DNA of 63,564 nucleotides, counting the filler, from Schmidtea polychroa (lineage: Eukaryota), in NCBI GenBank assembly GCA_044892525.1. It is 5 parts of 3 records of this genome, joined end to end, with 100 filler letters (N's around TTAATTAATTAA, not from the genome) between each part and the next. Parts side by side here need not be neighbours in the genome. Positions count along the whole stretch, not along the records: positions 1 to 19,568 come from CM097886.1; 4 more parts are not named here. One strand, given 5' to 3'. The translations under genes and the position numbers were made by a program. The notes beneath the pieces are model-generated. The model was not told the origin of the DNA and ran no database searches. It saw only the letters and a program-made list of their open reading frames with translations. The first letter of the stretch is position 1. The number at the start of each line of letters is the position of its first letter. This document shows positions 1-11,985 of this stretch, one piece after another.

Positions 1-2112
1 AAATCCAATGGGGAGTAGTTTTAGTAATAGAGCTCACCTGCTCATTGTTTTTTCACCTTTGTGTACAGTACCAACATGGTCGTCGCCATGGGTACACAAA
101 TGGTTTAAATTGCAATAGTCATGGAGGTGCTTAGGAAAGAGTCGAACGGTTATGATTACCCCTAACGTATTTTAAATTGTAAAAAGGACACACCCCTAAG
201 TAACCAACACCGGGTACAGCCCATTACCACATTTACATTGACCAAGTATTATCAAACAGGCCGGAATAAATTCCGGGTGGATATATACACAAGACAGGAA
301 ATTAAGATCAAATCCCAAATCCTAATAATTTTTATCGAAAATATTTTTATATTTAAAAATCTTTTTTTCATAATTATTATTAAATATTATTAAACTTTTA
401 TTATTATTGAATGATTTTAACATTATTAAAAGAATTTTAACATTACTATTTATAAAGTTCACTTATAAAATTGGTTCGAAATAATGAAAATAAATAATTT
501 TAATAGTATATTTTAATTTACTTTATAAACCCAAATTAAAATCATGTTTGCCCAAAATTATAACTTGTTTGCAGAAATTTCGAACGGTTAATCTATACAA
601 AATATTATTATAAGACAGGCATGACAAAAAGGTCAAAAATATCGACACGCATCATAACACGCATAAACAATTAGCAGTTTTGATAAAGTTGTTGTTTTTG
701 AAATTCTAAGATTAAGATTGGATCGGTAAATTTTTGAATAAATAATATTATTAAAACAAGAGGCTTTGAATTGTATTTATTGTTCTGAATTGTATTTATA
801 TATTAACCAGTGCACGTTGATATTTCAAATCATTTTCAATGTTAATCTCAAGGAAAGAACGTAATTGGTAAAACTTTTAAACAATGTTTTACTTAAATTA
901 TTCTTTATAAATTTTTTATCATTTTTTCTCGTTTTAATCATGCATTAATAGTAATTAATAATCTTTATTAGGAGAGATATATCAAAACTTTTTTTCAATC
1001 TGCTTCTCTGCCATTTACTATTTTTATCTGCAAGCTTTCTTTAGCCAAAACTCCCACCTTAAAACCAAAGATAAATTTTAAAAGTCGCTTAACAAATCGC
1101 TATTTCGCTGTCAAACTTACAGATTTTGTTTTATTACTGAGATCAATATTTTAATTAATTAATTTGTAATTTTAATTACATTTCCTAGAAACTCAATTTT
1201 TTTCAAATTTTCCACCACGAATTATCTTGTTACGTAATCTCTTATTTTGGTCTCTATTCACGAGTCGATACATTAGGATTTGCTATAGCATTATATGGGA
1301 ATAATCATAATAATTTTTGTTAAATAATTTTTTATAAGTTATTTTCTTTGTTTTATTTATATGATTATTTATATATAGCATTTGTGTTTAAATATAAAAT
1401 GAAAACAATTAAATTAATTATATAATACAAGTACCAACCCGTGAACATTCACAGAAGTAAAATTGTTTGCCTATTTATATTATAATTGCAATAATAATAT
1501 AGATGAATAAAAATAATAATGGTATTAATTGTTGGCAAGTAAATGCATGTTTTTTGCCCAGTTTTATACTAATTGTGCCACATTGTATAAGTATTATTTT
1601 TAAATTTAATTGATATATATTTTCAAAAATAAAAATATTAATTTTCTTTAGTCATTACTTTTTATAGTTATTTTATAACTGTCTTCCCTTGAAAACCTAT
1701 TCACTGTGGCACCTATTTGTAGCAGTACACTCCTAAGTGTTGCACAAATGTACTATTTGTAATATATTTTTTGATAATGTTGTGTTAAATTCAAAACACC
1801 ATTTATTTATTTATATAACTCAAAAACACATTTATAAGATTTTAAACATTAAGATTCAAATTGGCAAAGTTGTTAATTGTTTACAAATTCTAAAAATTAT
1901 TAATCTTTATAAACATTTAGACTTTTTCATAACATAAAAATATAATATTTTTACTTAGGAATGGATTTTGGATTGAATCATGAAGTCTAGAACATTTTTG
2001 AATCACAAATTTCAATAATAATATTTTCTAGACATTTGATAAAATGGATTTGAAAATCACTATATTAAATCGAAATTTTATCACAGTTAAGAATTTTCAG
2101 TTTGGAATACTT

Positions 2113-2697
2113 TTAATAGCACCAAGTAATTGGATTGCGATATTTGGAAGCGGGAACACTTCGGCATCTCTTTGGCCATTCGGGATTACTTGGTTTTTTT
2201 CCATAAGAATTAACGCAGCCAAAATAAAATATATTTGATTCCGGTGTTTGTTCGTCAGTTTTATTTGTACAGTTTTTTTGTCTTTTATGGTTTGTTGAAG
2301 GTGTTAAATTCTGCTTCTTTCCATATTTTATACAATTAGTTTCGAACACTGGTTTACTTTGATTCAAAATTCTTGGATACGTTCTAAATTCACTTACCCA
2401 TTCTGGATTTATAATAAATTCCTTAATATTTGACCTGTGAGCATTGCTCTTAAAAAGGCCCCCGTCATAGCTATAACTCATCGGATTATCAATCCTTCTA
2501 CTTCTTTCTTTGGATTCATAATTTTCATTTGAAAATACATGCTTTACTGAAATCCGATTTCCTTGAAAACTATCAATTTCACCTCGATAATTTGACATAA
2601 TTGGAGGAGCTCTAGGGTATTTTGGACCTGTTAATGGATTGATATTATTATTAGATATATCTGGAGTCACGTTCCCAGAATCATTTTTTTCATTCAT
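2113..2697 (-). CDS. Uncharacterised 194-aa protein (single long ORF or large exon)
   Basis: A 585-bp open frame is unlikely by chance in this AT-rich background. The ATG has an in-frame stop shortly upstream. Host-like codon usage. No family recognised; further exons may exist downstream. Confidence 0.6.
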   Translation of the reverse strand: MNEKNDSGNVTPDISNNNINPLTGPKYPRAPPIMSNYRGEIDSFQGNRISVKHVFSNENYESKERSRRIDNPMSYSYDGGLFKSNAHRSNIKEFIINPEWVSEFRTYPRILNQSKPVFETNCIKYGKKQNLTPSTNHKRQKNCTNKTDEQTPESNIFYFGCVNSYGKKPSNPEWPKRCRSVPASKYRNPITWCY

Positions 2698-3169
2698 GGT
2701 TAATTAGAACTGTTACAACAAAGAAATATTGATTAGACAGATAAATTTATGCTGCAATGATCTACATCAACATTTCGAAAACTGATTTTAAGAATCAGAC
2801 CAATAAAATTTAAGTAATATTTTCTTTCTAAATAATATGATAGAAATAAGAAGAAAATTACAAATTAATTCTGTCTGTCCGAATATTTTCTTCTTTCATT
2901 ATTATATTTGTTACAAAATATTTGCAAGTTAGTCTTTAAATAAATCATTGAATAATTTGTTTCATATCATATTATAAAGGTTGCGTAATTTATATTATAA
3001 TTATATTTGTAAAAAAACTTATTTTTTAAAAAGGATATTAAAAAGGATTTATTTTATTCAGAATGCTAACAATTTATTTTAATTGTTTATTACATAAGAT
3101 AATATAAAAAAAAATCATTTTAAATAGAAATGACCGTTGTTTTAATATTCACTAATTATTTTCTATAGA

Positions 3170-6100
3170 ATGCTAGTTTTCACGAATAGATTTATTAGAA
3201 ATGCATTGACATTTGATAGAAAACTGTTCTCTATTATGAAAAAATATGCAAGACCTGTAATTACACAAGATGAGCAAATTATTCCTGGTGGAAACATACC
3301 CCCAGTTGTTAAAGAAACAACTTCAAGTTAATTTAATTATATGTTAATTGATAAATGTTATTACATAATTGTTAGGAATTAGACGAGGAGAAACTATTTT
3401 CGAAAGTTTTAGCGAAAAGTGTTTCGAGAAGGTTGAAGTAACTGATGATCGATTAGGGTTTAATTCATTAAAATATAAATTTTTTATTTCAACAAATATT
3501 TTAATAGTCCACTAATTTTGAAGGCTCGATTTTTATCTGACATGGAAAATGACTCATTAGTAATGGAGGGTGTTAATATGATTCGTGATGCTGTCAGACT
3601 TAATGCTAAAATGACATATTTATATTTTACGCAACGTGAACTACTAGCAGAAATTCCAACGAATGCGTTCAATAAAGATGTTTGTATATATTATGTCACA
3701 TACAAAACAATGAAAAAATTCTCAAACCTGACTACACCCCCAGGAATAATGGGTATTTTATAATTTAATAATTAATGTTTTAATATTAGTAAATAACTTT
3801 CATACTTTCAATTTTTGAATTAATAATTTCAATTTATTGAAAATATATTTAAATATTATTTATATTCGATAATTAATGTATATTTCATAAATTCAGTTGA
3901 TTTTTATTATTGTAAATGCTAAATTAGAACAGGATTATTTGGAATTTTTTTAAACGAGTTATTAAGAATTTATAGAAGTAAGTGTCAACTATAAAGAAGA
4001 AATCGGAAATACCCGATTCGCAATGAGTCTATGAGGGTTTTTTTTTGATGATTAATGAGAATACTAGATAACTTTAGGTTAGTTTTATGATTGTCGTAAC
4101 GGTTGATGCTATTACGCTCTTTAATTTCTTGTATTACTCGATGCTGCTTCCTATTGATATCTTCGATATCGTTCGGTAGGTTCTTATTTGTTGTTATGTT
4201 TCATTTTTATTAAAATCATTGAAATTATGTTTATTAAAAATAGTCATAGTCACCAAAAGTCTCCAGTCAGGCAGTTATTTACATATTGCAGTCTATAATG
4301 AAATGGATTGGTGCATGGAAAATGTTGGAAAATGAGCCCCAAATTTCTGGGAGAAAGGGAACAAGCTCATTTTCCAGAATGGCAAGGTATTCCACATATT
4401 TCACAGTTGGCTGAATGCAGTCAGGGTGAAATCGTTCTCCTACACGACGCCAGCAGAATTGCTGTCCCTCAGATTTGAGAAGAGTGAAACGTGATTCATC
4501 ACTCCAAATGGCTGAGCGCCATTGTTCTGCTGTCCAACTCCTTCTCTCCCGGCACCACTTCAAGCGATGACGACGAATTGTTTCTGTAATCAAAGGCTTC
4601 CTTGCTCAGTATCTGCCATAGAAACCATAAAAATATAATGCGCGATGAATGGTGGATATGCAGCATGCACAGGGCCAGTGTTAAATGTGGACATTAACCT
4701 GGATAGGGGAAACCGATGATGAGCCACCACAAGTCGTTTAAGCTGCCGTTGTGTACGGATGCTCAGAAGGTTAGGGCGGCCAGAACGTTGCTTTTAGACA
4801 TGTGTCTGCTCCGGGCGGTACTTCCTCAGGAAGTAGTTAATAGTTCCTTTGGGATGGCCAGTCAATGCAACAATTTCACTCGGACTTTTTCAACACAAGT
4901 AACATCCGTAAATAATGCCTTTCTGGAAGTCTGTAAGCTCTCTCCGAGTAGCCATATTCTAAGAAAATGACAATCGTTCATTAACATGACTCACTATTAT
5001 GAGTAGGTAGATGTGAGCCCCACGAATCAGTATGAGTTATCGCGCATATATACTCCCTCACCCTCCACCATTTTGATTAATGAGTTATCTCGCGTTTGAT
5101 CGATGAGTTATCACGCATAAAGTTTTTATGTGTATATTGATTAAAAAGTGCTATTATTGATTTTTCGGTGAAAAGTGGAAATTATGACTAAAAAGTGCAA
5201 TTTTTGACTATAGTCAGAGGTGCTTTTCTTAGATTTTAAGATTTCACCCAGACATGGTCCACGAAAAAGATTTGTTATTTGTCGACACAGAATGTTTTGT
5301 ATGAAAATCAACGAAAAGATTTCTTTTCGATGTAAATTTCGCGTTTTTAAGGAATAATTTTTGGAACATTGGAAACCAAACATATTTAGTAGAGACATCC
5401 TTCATAAAAAGTTGCGTCACGATTCAACTAAGATAATCCTGAAATAAAATCCTCGAAAAGTTTCTTGATTCTCCAGGAATTAAGAAAAGGTAAAAACAAT
5501 CGATAATTCTCAAAAATGACTACATGCAGCATGTTGAAGGTGTTGGTGACCTTTGTTCCCATTGCTGTTCATATTTGCACTGCAGACGTTCATTATGAAC
5601 TGCAATATGTAAATAACTGCTTGACTGGAGACATTTGGTAGGCCGGGATATTACTAATAAATTACAAGTAAAATATTAAGATTAATTTTGTTCTATTTTT
5701 TATTTATCACCATTCAAATCTATTACCGAATCGAAATTTTCCCCAACTGTTCTTGAGATGGATTACTCATATATTATTGAAAGAGCTAGTATTTAGTTAA
5801 GAACTTTTAGTGATGCATTTTTATAAATCTCGCCTTGCATCTCTCTCCATTTATCTTGTTTTTTCCAGCTATTTTCAAGCGACCTGAACCATCACAATTG
5901 CTTGTTGATCCTTTCCTCAGCAGAAAACTACCGGTTACATTAATATTAGATAATGTGAGAGATCCCGGTAATCTCGGCTGCATCATAAGGTCAGCTGCCG
6001 GGTTCAATATTCACAGAATCTTTATGACAAAGGGATGTGTAGATCTTTACAATGACAAAGTTCTCCGAAGTTCTATGTCGAGCATTTTCTGTATTCCTAT

Positions 6101-6437
6101 TTTCCAAAATTTAACCTGGGATGATATTCAGAATGCTCTTGGTCCAAATTCTATTGTTCACTATGCTGATATTAAAAACGACACCGGCGAGTCATATCCA
6201 TATTATGATAAAAACATTGTCGATTTCACAAAGGACAAAACCTATGGCCTGGTAATCGGTGGTGAAATCAATGGCGTTTCAGAGGAAGCTAAACGCATTT
6301 CTGCAGAAACATACGGTTGTTGCTTACATATTCCAATGGCCAATCACGTTAACAGCCTCAATATGACGGTTGCTGGGGCGATAATTATGGCCGAATTTCA
6401 GAAAAAAATATTGAAAAATAAAATGTTTATTCATTAG
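3170..6437 (+). CDS. MRM3: Mitochondrial rRNA methyltransferase 3 (SpoU/TrmH SPOUT family), 4 exons, about 350 aa
   Basis: join(3170..3326,3376..3457,3508..3752,5869..6437). All introns are GT-AG and the phases add up to 1053 nt. Motifs: LILDNVRDPGNLGCIIRSAAGF, LVIGGEINGVS, IPMANHVNSLNMTVAGAI, TTPPGIM and MEGVNMIRDA, matching the MRM3/RNMTL1 pattern. The basic N-terminus resembles a mitochondrial presequence. Confidence 0.9.
4270..4955 (-). mobile_element. Tc1/mariner transposase pseudogene in MRM3 intron 3
   Basis: Minus strand reads MATRRELTDFQKGIIYGC (HTH), then RSGRP (AT-hook), KPLITETIRRHRLKWC and WSDESRF (first catalytic D). It has stops, frameshifts and an internal deletion of the DD34E core. 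TIRs were not identified with confidence. Confidence 0.8.
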
Positions 6438-6920
6438 TTTTGTTTATTTTTACTCTCTCTATATTAACTTCGCGTTTGATTGATTGATATATTGTGCTAC
6501 GCAAATTGTGTGGGGTCAAATTAACCCACCCTCCGTAATCGGATTTGAAATTTGACAAGTAGATTCGTTGTTGAGAGCACTGCATGTTGTCATGTTATGA
6601 AAAAAGTAGTAGGTAGATGTGAGCCCCTTACGCCACCATTAGTTACCGCGCACTGGTTAGCAACAGAGAGCCCTATCCCTACCCCTCATTTTTTTCAAGG
6701 TCAAGTAGATTCATTGTCGAGAGCATTGCATGTTATCATGTTATAAATTCTTATCTATTCATTAACTTTGGATTAAAGAGATAACGGGTTTCCACGATAA
6801 AAAAAAACTATTTTATAAAATATAAATTGTAGCGCCTAATAAAAATACCGAAATAATAATTTTTTTTTAATATAAATTATAAATCGATTTTAAAGATATA
6901 ATATTTATTTTATAATTCTA

Positions 6921-7330
6921 ATGCCTGCAAGAATTCAAATAAATACGGAAGCAGAATACAACTCTTATGTAAACTTTATGGTTAACGGAAATTTACCTGA
7001 TTTCGATACAAAATCACAACAAAATTTATTTTTAAAAAAAGCAGCTAGAATGAAGATATTAAATAACAGAATTTTTATTAAAATCTTAGAGTATATTGAA
7101 AATTACAATGATCCAAAGAAAATTTTATGCGTTGAAGAGGTCCATTTAGCTTCGCATAGGGGTCTAAAGGCTATTTATAAAGAATTGCAAACAGATATTA
7201 TAATATTAAGCAAGAAGACGTAAAACGTGTGCTTGATAGATGTAGAATCTGTTCCAGAAGAATAGTAGAAACTACCTCATTATCTATAACACCAATTATA
7301 ATAATAAATAAAATGTATCGTTTTTAGATG
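6921..7330 (+). pseudogene. Truncated integrase fragment (HHCC zinc-binding region; Ginger/Gypsy-integrase-like)
   Basis: EEVHLASHRGLKAIY, then after a frameshift at about 7220 DVKRVLDRCRIC and MDIT. This is an HHCC motif leading into the start of an integrase core, then broken. Confidence 0.55.
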
Positions 7331-7599
7331 GACATAACTTACATTTTGGATTTTTTTGGTATTTATTTTATACATATTATATATAGACTTAATATATTTA
7401 ATTCCACCTATAAAAAGCAACAATTAAAACAAACTTTTCAATTTTTTTTGTGTAAACACCAATAAATCAATTTTTAAAATAATATAATTTTTCTTTTTTT
7501 AAAAATGGTATAATATTTTAAATTATTTTTCGTTGGCTTAAAATTATATTATATTTGATTTTTTTAAATATTTAGAAAAAACATAAATTTAATTTGGTA

Positions 7600-8880
7600 A
7601 ATTAAATTAAACATTTTTATCAAAAATTAAAATAAGATTATCATAAAATATCCTTTATAATTCGCTCCAATAATAACTGCGGTTTTTTGAGAGACTCTTT
7701 TAGGCCTTACAGATTCTCCATTTACTTTTTCGTAAGAAGCACAGAGCTATCTAACATAATACTTCGGAAAATATCCATCATCAATAATATTCGGTAAATT
7801 TTAGGGGTTTCCCCACATTTTTCATTGATTAGGTAGAACTGGCAAGTGTATATCTTCTTAAAATTTCTACTTGGCAACGTATAGTCAAAGGCTTAAAATG
7901 GAGACTATTAACACTTATTTCTAATCCTCTAATCACATGAAAAAGGCTTCAACACAGTATTGAAAATCAAACTTCATGACAACATTAACTAATAATATAT
8001 CCACATATGTTAGAGATAAATCTGTAATATACCGAACCACATGTTGAGGGTAAATTTATGATGCTCCATATATCGATAGCATTACAGATTACAACAACAT
8101 TCACGGATCACCACGATTTGCTACGGTCTTATTGACCCTTTCACGAGGATTATTACATATCTATCAGTGAGTGCGGTTGCCCTGTGAAATTGTTGCCCGA
8201 TTCCCTCCCGTTACGGTTCCAATAACAATAAATTTAAAAGAAAAACGAAAATTAGTTCATTAGCCCACCTCCTAATATCTCAAAAATTTTTAATTGTAAA
8301 ACATGTCAAACCCAATCAATCCCTGATATTCGTGTGCAGACTAAAATGCTGTCAACAATAAATTGAAGGAGGAGATCCGCCTACTCCGGGAGAAGATCGA
8401 CTGCCTGAAGTGGACGTGATTCTCCCCCTTTAGATGAACGACAAATTAAAGAAAATAGAGAGAGCACTGCCGAGACAGTCTCATTGCTGTAGGTTGGTCA
8501 TACATAGCTCTCACACAAGAGCGATCACAAGCACTCCATCAGATATATTCTACCTAGGGCTGGCCTCAAGAATAACGTAATTTTTCCTAGAAAAGCTTTC
8601 GCCTTGTATTCCACCGGGATCTCCTTGTTCTTGAAGGAACGGGGTCTTTTAGAAGCTCCAAATCAAACAGCTCTGCGGCATTTTCTTCACAAAGCGTACT
8701 CGTACTAATATCACGCGAAACTGATTCCACGACTTGTTGTTTCTGGCCTCATGTGCCTCGACGGTCGCGTTGGCACTATCATTGACTAGTTGGGCTTCTC
8801 TCTCTGTCTGACGCATTTTTCGACGCTTAGTGCGCTCGGCGCGAGACAGTTGTTTCCTTTTTGGTTTCCGTCTCGAGAAT
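7600..8880 (-). mobile_element. Heavily decayed retroelement-like sequence, possibly the RT-side half of a LINE interrupted by the LTR element
   Basis: More GC-rich than the flanks. Short minus-strand pieces such as PQHVVRYITDL resemble LINE RT. Many stops; identity uncertain. Confidence 0.25.
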
Positions 8881-8889
8881 GGTAGGTGG

Positions 8890-9274
8890 AAGACTCTCCA
8901 CCGAATTATTCCCCGAAAATCCTTCTGTGAATTATTCCCCGTAAATTACTTCTTAAAATCCAAAAGAAACACAATTCAGCGACAATACGTTTATTAACAA
9001 TTAAATATTATAACAATTATATTTGAATCGATACATTATCAATTTCCAACATTAAACTTAAGAAAGAACCCGATCGTATGAGTCGCCGCGGTGGCAACCA
9101 TTAAAACAAACATCAGAATAATAATATTACATATATTTTAACATTTTAATTCCAACTTTCTCATAATGCTCCCTTGCACTCTACAACACAAAATATTAAA
9201 CTTTTCAACATTCGAACTATAATCAGTTTTAAAACATTTAATTATAACAAACTTAAATTACCCTTTTACTCACA
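8890..9274 (-). repeat. 3' LTR, missing the last ~26 bp of U5
   Basis: Matches about 12920-13303 almost exactly. Begins TGTGAGTAAAAGGG on the minus strand. Homology ends at AAGACTCTC (about 8890). Confidence 0.9.
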
Positions 9275-9281
9275 TCCCCCC
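9275..9281 (-). promoter_or_regulatory. Polypurine tract
   Basis: Plus strand TCCCCCC = minus strand GGGGGGA, directly abutting TGTG of the 3' LTR. Confidence 0.8.
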
Positions 9282-9306
9282 GAGTTTGTTAAGTAAGCAC
9301 ACACTC

Positions 9307-11985
9307 TTATTCGTTGCGTGCTCGTATATTTTTAACATGCATACATACCCCATCAACAGAAACATTCCATGCCGAATTTACATCTGTTACCACACCTTCT
9401 CTCCACTCATCCATGCAAGTTGCATCACCACCCTTTACATGAACGACATCACCAACTCGAAACTTTCCACTCGTTTCATTGTCCCGATCTCTTTCAACAT
9501 TTTCGTCATTCAACTCGTATGCATATATGGAAGCAAATGGCACGGAGCATTCATCTTGACCCTCGCGCGGCGACGCATTATACCAAAACAGCATTTCTTC
9601 CACAGTTCCCCGCGTTCGAGCCACCATCCTTTTTATTGTCCTGTGGTTACGTTCCACAATTCCATTTCCAGAAGGTTCATACGCACATCTATACATATGC
9701 TTTACTTTCCATTCATCACAAAATTTTCTCAATGCATCGCTTTTAAACGCTCCTCCGTTATCACTAAGTAATTCTCTGCAAAACCCTCTTTCGAACATGG
9801 TCTTTCTTATCGCATTCAACACGCTTCGTCCACTTTCATCTTTCAACTCATACCATATTGCATACCTCCCGGGTCCGCAGTCCACTACCGACAAATACTT
9901 CTTTCCCTCCAAATGCACAACATCCACTGCTATTCTGACCCACGTGCCACCCACGCTCAACTCACCTTTCGGCATTCTACACGCATGCGGATCAACGGTA
10001 GCACACTTAAAACAATTTCTCACGACCGCCTCCACGTCCTTTCGTTTAACCACGTCAAATTTCTTTTTTACAAAATACATGGTTCGATCAACGCCAAAAT
10101 GATGTTTTTCATGCTCTAATGTTATTTGATCCACTTCAACACTCGCGCACGCATGCGTTCCACGATTACGTCCCACTCTCGTCAATGCATCCGCCTTATT
10201 CGCTCCCGATGGAATCCATTCGACAGTAACATTCAAACCGTAATCGGTAATCATTTCCTCAATTATATCCAATCTTCGCTTTATCAAGTATTCGTGCATA
10301 CCCTTCACGTGCACCTTTTTCGATTTTGTCAACAGAGCTTTGATCCACGCCACGACCGAAGTTGAATCGCATTTCACCGTTATATCGGCGAATTTCCATT
10401 CAATTGCCATCGCCACGCCTTTTATGAAGGCGTCCAATTCAGCCACGTTTATGTGTTTCACATCGTCAACTTTTCGAAGCCATACTGCATCTTCCACACA
10501 TTTTTCATTTTGCTCCACGTACACCGCCATCGCAACACTGCTCGCATCCGTATATACTGTAACATTTCCATTTCCATCCACGCTCCATACCCCCTGCGCT
10601 GGATCCTCACGTTCTATACGTTCCAGCAGCATTTTTATATCTCGTTTCGTTTCGTCGCCTGCATAATCATCCCATTTAGTACCCTTCATATTTCTTTTAA
10701 TTACGCTACACTCAAGTCGCAACGATCCACATATAGGATAATGCCCTATGACTTTTCCGCATATTGAAAACACATCTCGACGCGAACAACTTTCCGTTTC
10801 ACATTTCAAATCACCCAAGGGACCACGCCCCCACCATCGCTTGCCATCCTTCTTCCCTTGCAACTGCAACCCTAGTATTCGCATGTCATCGACATCTTCG
10901 TGATCCTTTGTCACTAATCCATATTGCTTCAAATGATTCACAACTTCGCATTCCGTAATTCCATTCAAATTCACAATTATGTCATCAACGTAGTGTGAAG
11001 TATTCTCATTAACTTTCGAGTTCAACTTGAGAACGTACGACACTATACCATCCATTATCTTCGGCGCACTCTTCAATCCGAATCCCAATCGCGTAAGTCG
11101 ATAACGCGTTTTGTTGTGTGACACTGTCTGATACTTCCATAGCGACTCTTCAACATGAATTTGCAAGTACGCTCGCTTTAAGTCAACCACTGCCACATTG
11201 TCGCCCATTTTTCGCCATCTTCTCAGCTCAGACCTGCATTCCTGCGCATCACCTGTGTGACTACTCACGCTCTTATTTACCGATTTATAGTTCAACACTG
11301 GTCTCACTTTGTCTTTCTTCTGCTGCACCACAGCAATCAACGGCAATATACCTTCTACGTTTTCATCCGTTTGCACCAATATGCCTTCCTTTATCCACGC
11401 ATCAATTTCTTCATCGAATGTGTTCTTCGTTTCTTGCGATATCCCATAATTTGCAACATTTTCATGCAAGATCGGTTCTCGTTCGTTCCACAACCATCTA
11501 ACCGTCCACTTATCTCCATCAAACCACGCCTCATAATCCGGATCACTAATTTTATGTTCGACCGACATCACCGCCCTAACGCCGAAACCAACACTTTTCC
11601 CATTATCGAACTTCACACCTTCTGACGTTACACGCATTCCGCCCATTTTCGTCAATACATCCATTCCCACTATAATATCGATTCCTTCCAACATCTCAGC
11701 CAACACTATACACTGCACATTCATTCGTTCACCTACCATGTCCAACACAACACGTCGCATTTCACTACTCTCCCCGCATTTTCCGTTTGCAAGCAATAAT
11801 CTCACGCTACACGTTTCATGATCACCTTCTTTCGACACACCATTTCTCAACAACGTATGCGAACAGCCTGTGTCGATCAACGCCCTACACCGCACGCCGT
11901 ACACCGTCACCTCCATTACATTATTCGCGCTTACCTGTCCACACGGACGTCCGCCAGCGCACGCGAACTCCGTTGCTCGTTTCCC
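9307..11985 (-). CDS. pol: Pol polyprotein (aspartic protease, RT, RNase H, integrase with SH3-like C-terminal domain)
   Basis: LIDTG (PR); VVDLKRAYLQI, LGFGLKSAP and YVDD (RT); YTDAS...AELDA...KCDS...NKADALTR (RH); HEKHH...CFKC, AVD, LLSDNG, SGNGIVERNHR (IN). The frame stays open upstream of Met 11916 through the slippery site at 11985. Confidence 0.93.
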   Translation of the reverse strand, partial: GKRATEFACAGGRPCGQVSANNVMEVTVYGVRCRALIDTGCSHTLLRNGVSKEGDHETCSVRLLLANGKCGESSEMRRVVLDMVGERMNVQCIVLAEMLEGIDIIVGMDVLTKMGGMRVTSEGVKFDNGKSVGFGVRAVMSVEHKISDPDYEAWFDGDKWTVRWLWNEREPILHENVANYGISQETKNTFDEEIDAWIKEGILVQTDENVEGILPLIAVVQQKKDKVRPVLNYKSVNKSVSSHTGDAQECRSELRRWRKMGDNVAVVDLKRAYLQIHVEESLWKYQTVSHNKTRYRLTRLGFGLKSAPKIMDGIVSYVLKLNSKVNENTSHYVDDIIVNLNGITECEVVNHLKQYGLVTKDHEDVDDMRILGLQLQGKKDGKRWWGRGPLGDLKCETESCSRRDVFSICGKVIGHYPICGSLRLECSVIKRNMKGTKWDDYAGDETKRDIKMLLERIEREDPAQGVWSVDGNGNVTVYTDASSVAMAVYVEQNEKCVEDAVWLRKVDDVKHINVAELDAFIKGVAMAIEWKFADITVKCDSTSVVAWIKALLTKSKKVHVKGMHEYLIKRRLDIIEEMITDYGLNVTVEWIPSGANKADALTRVGRNRGTHACASVEVDQITLEHEKHHFGVDRTMYFVKKKFDVVKRKDVEAVVRNCFKCATVDPHACRMPKGELSVGGTWVRIAVDVVHLEGKKYLSVVDCGPGRYAIWYELKDESGRSVLNAIRKTMFERGFCRELLSDNGGAFKSDALRKFCDEWKVKHMYRCAYEPSGNGIVERNHRTIKRMVARTRGTVEEMLFWYNASPREGQDECSVPFASIYAYELNDENVERDRDNETSGKFRVGDVVHVKGGDATCMDEWREGVVTDVNSAWNVSVDGVCMHVKNIRARNE

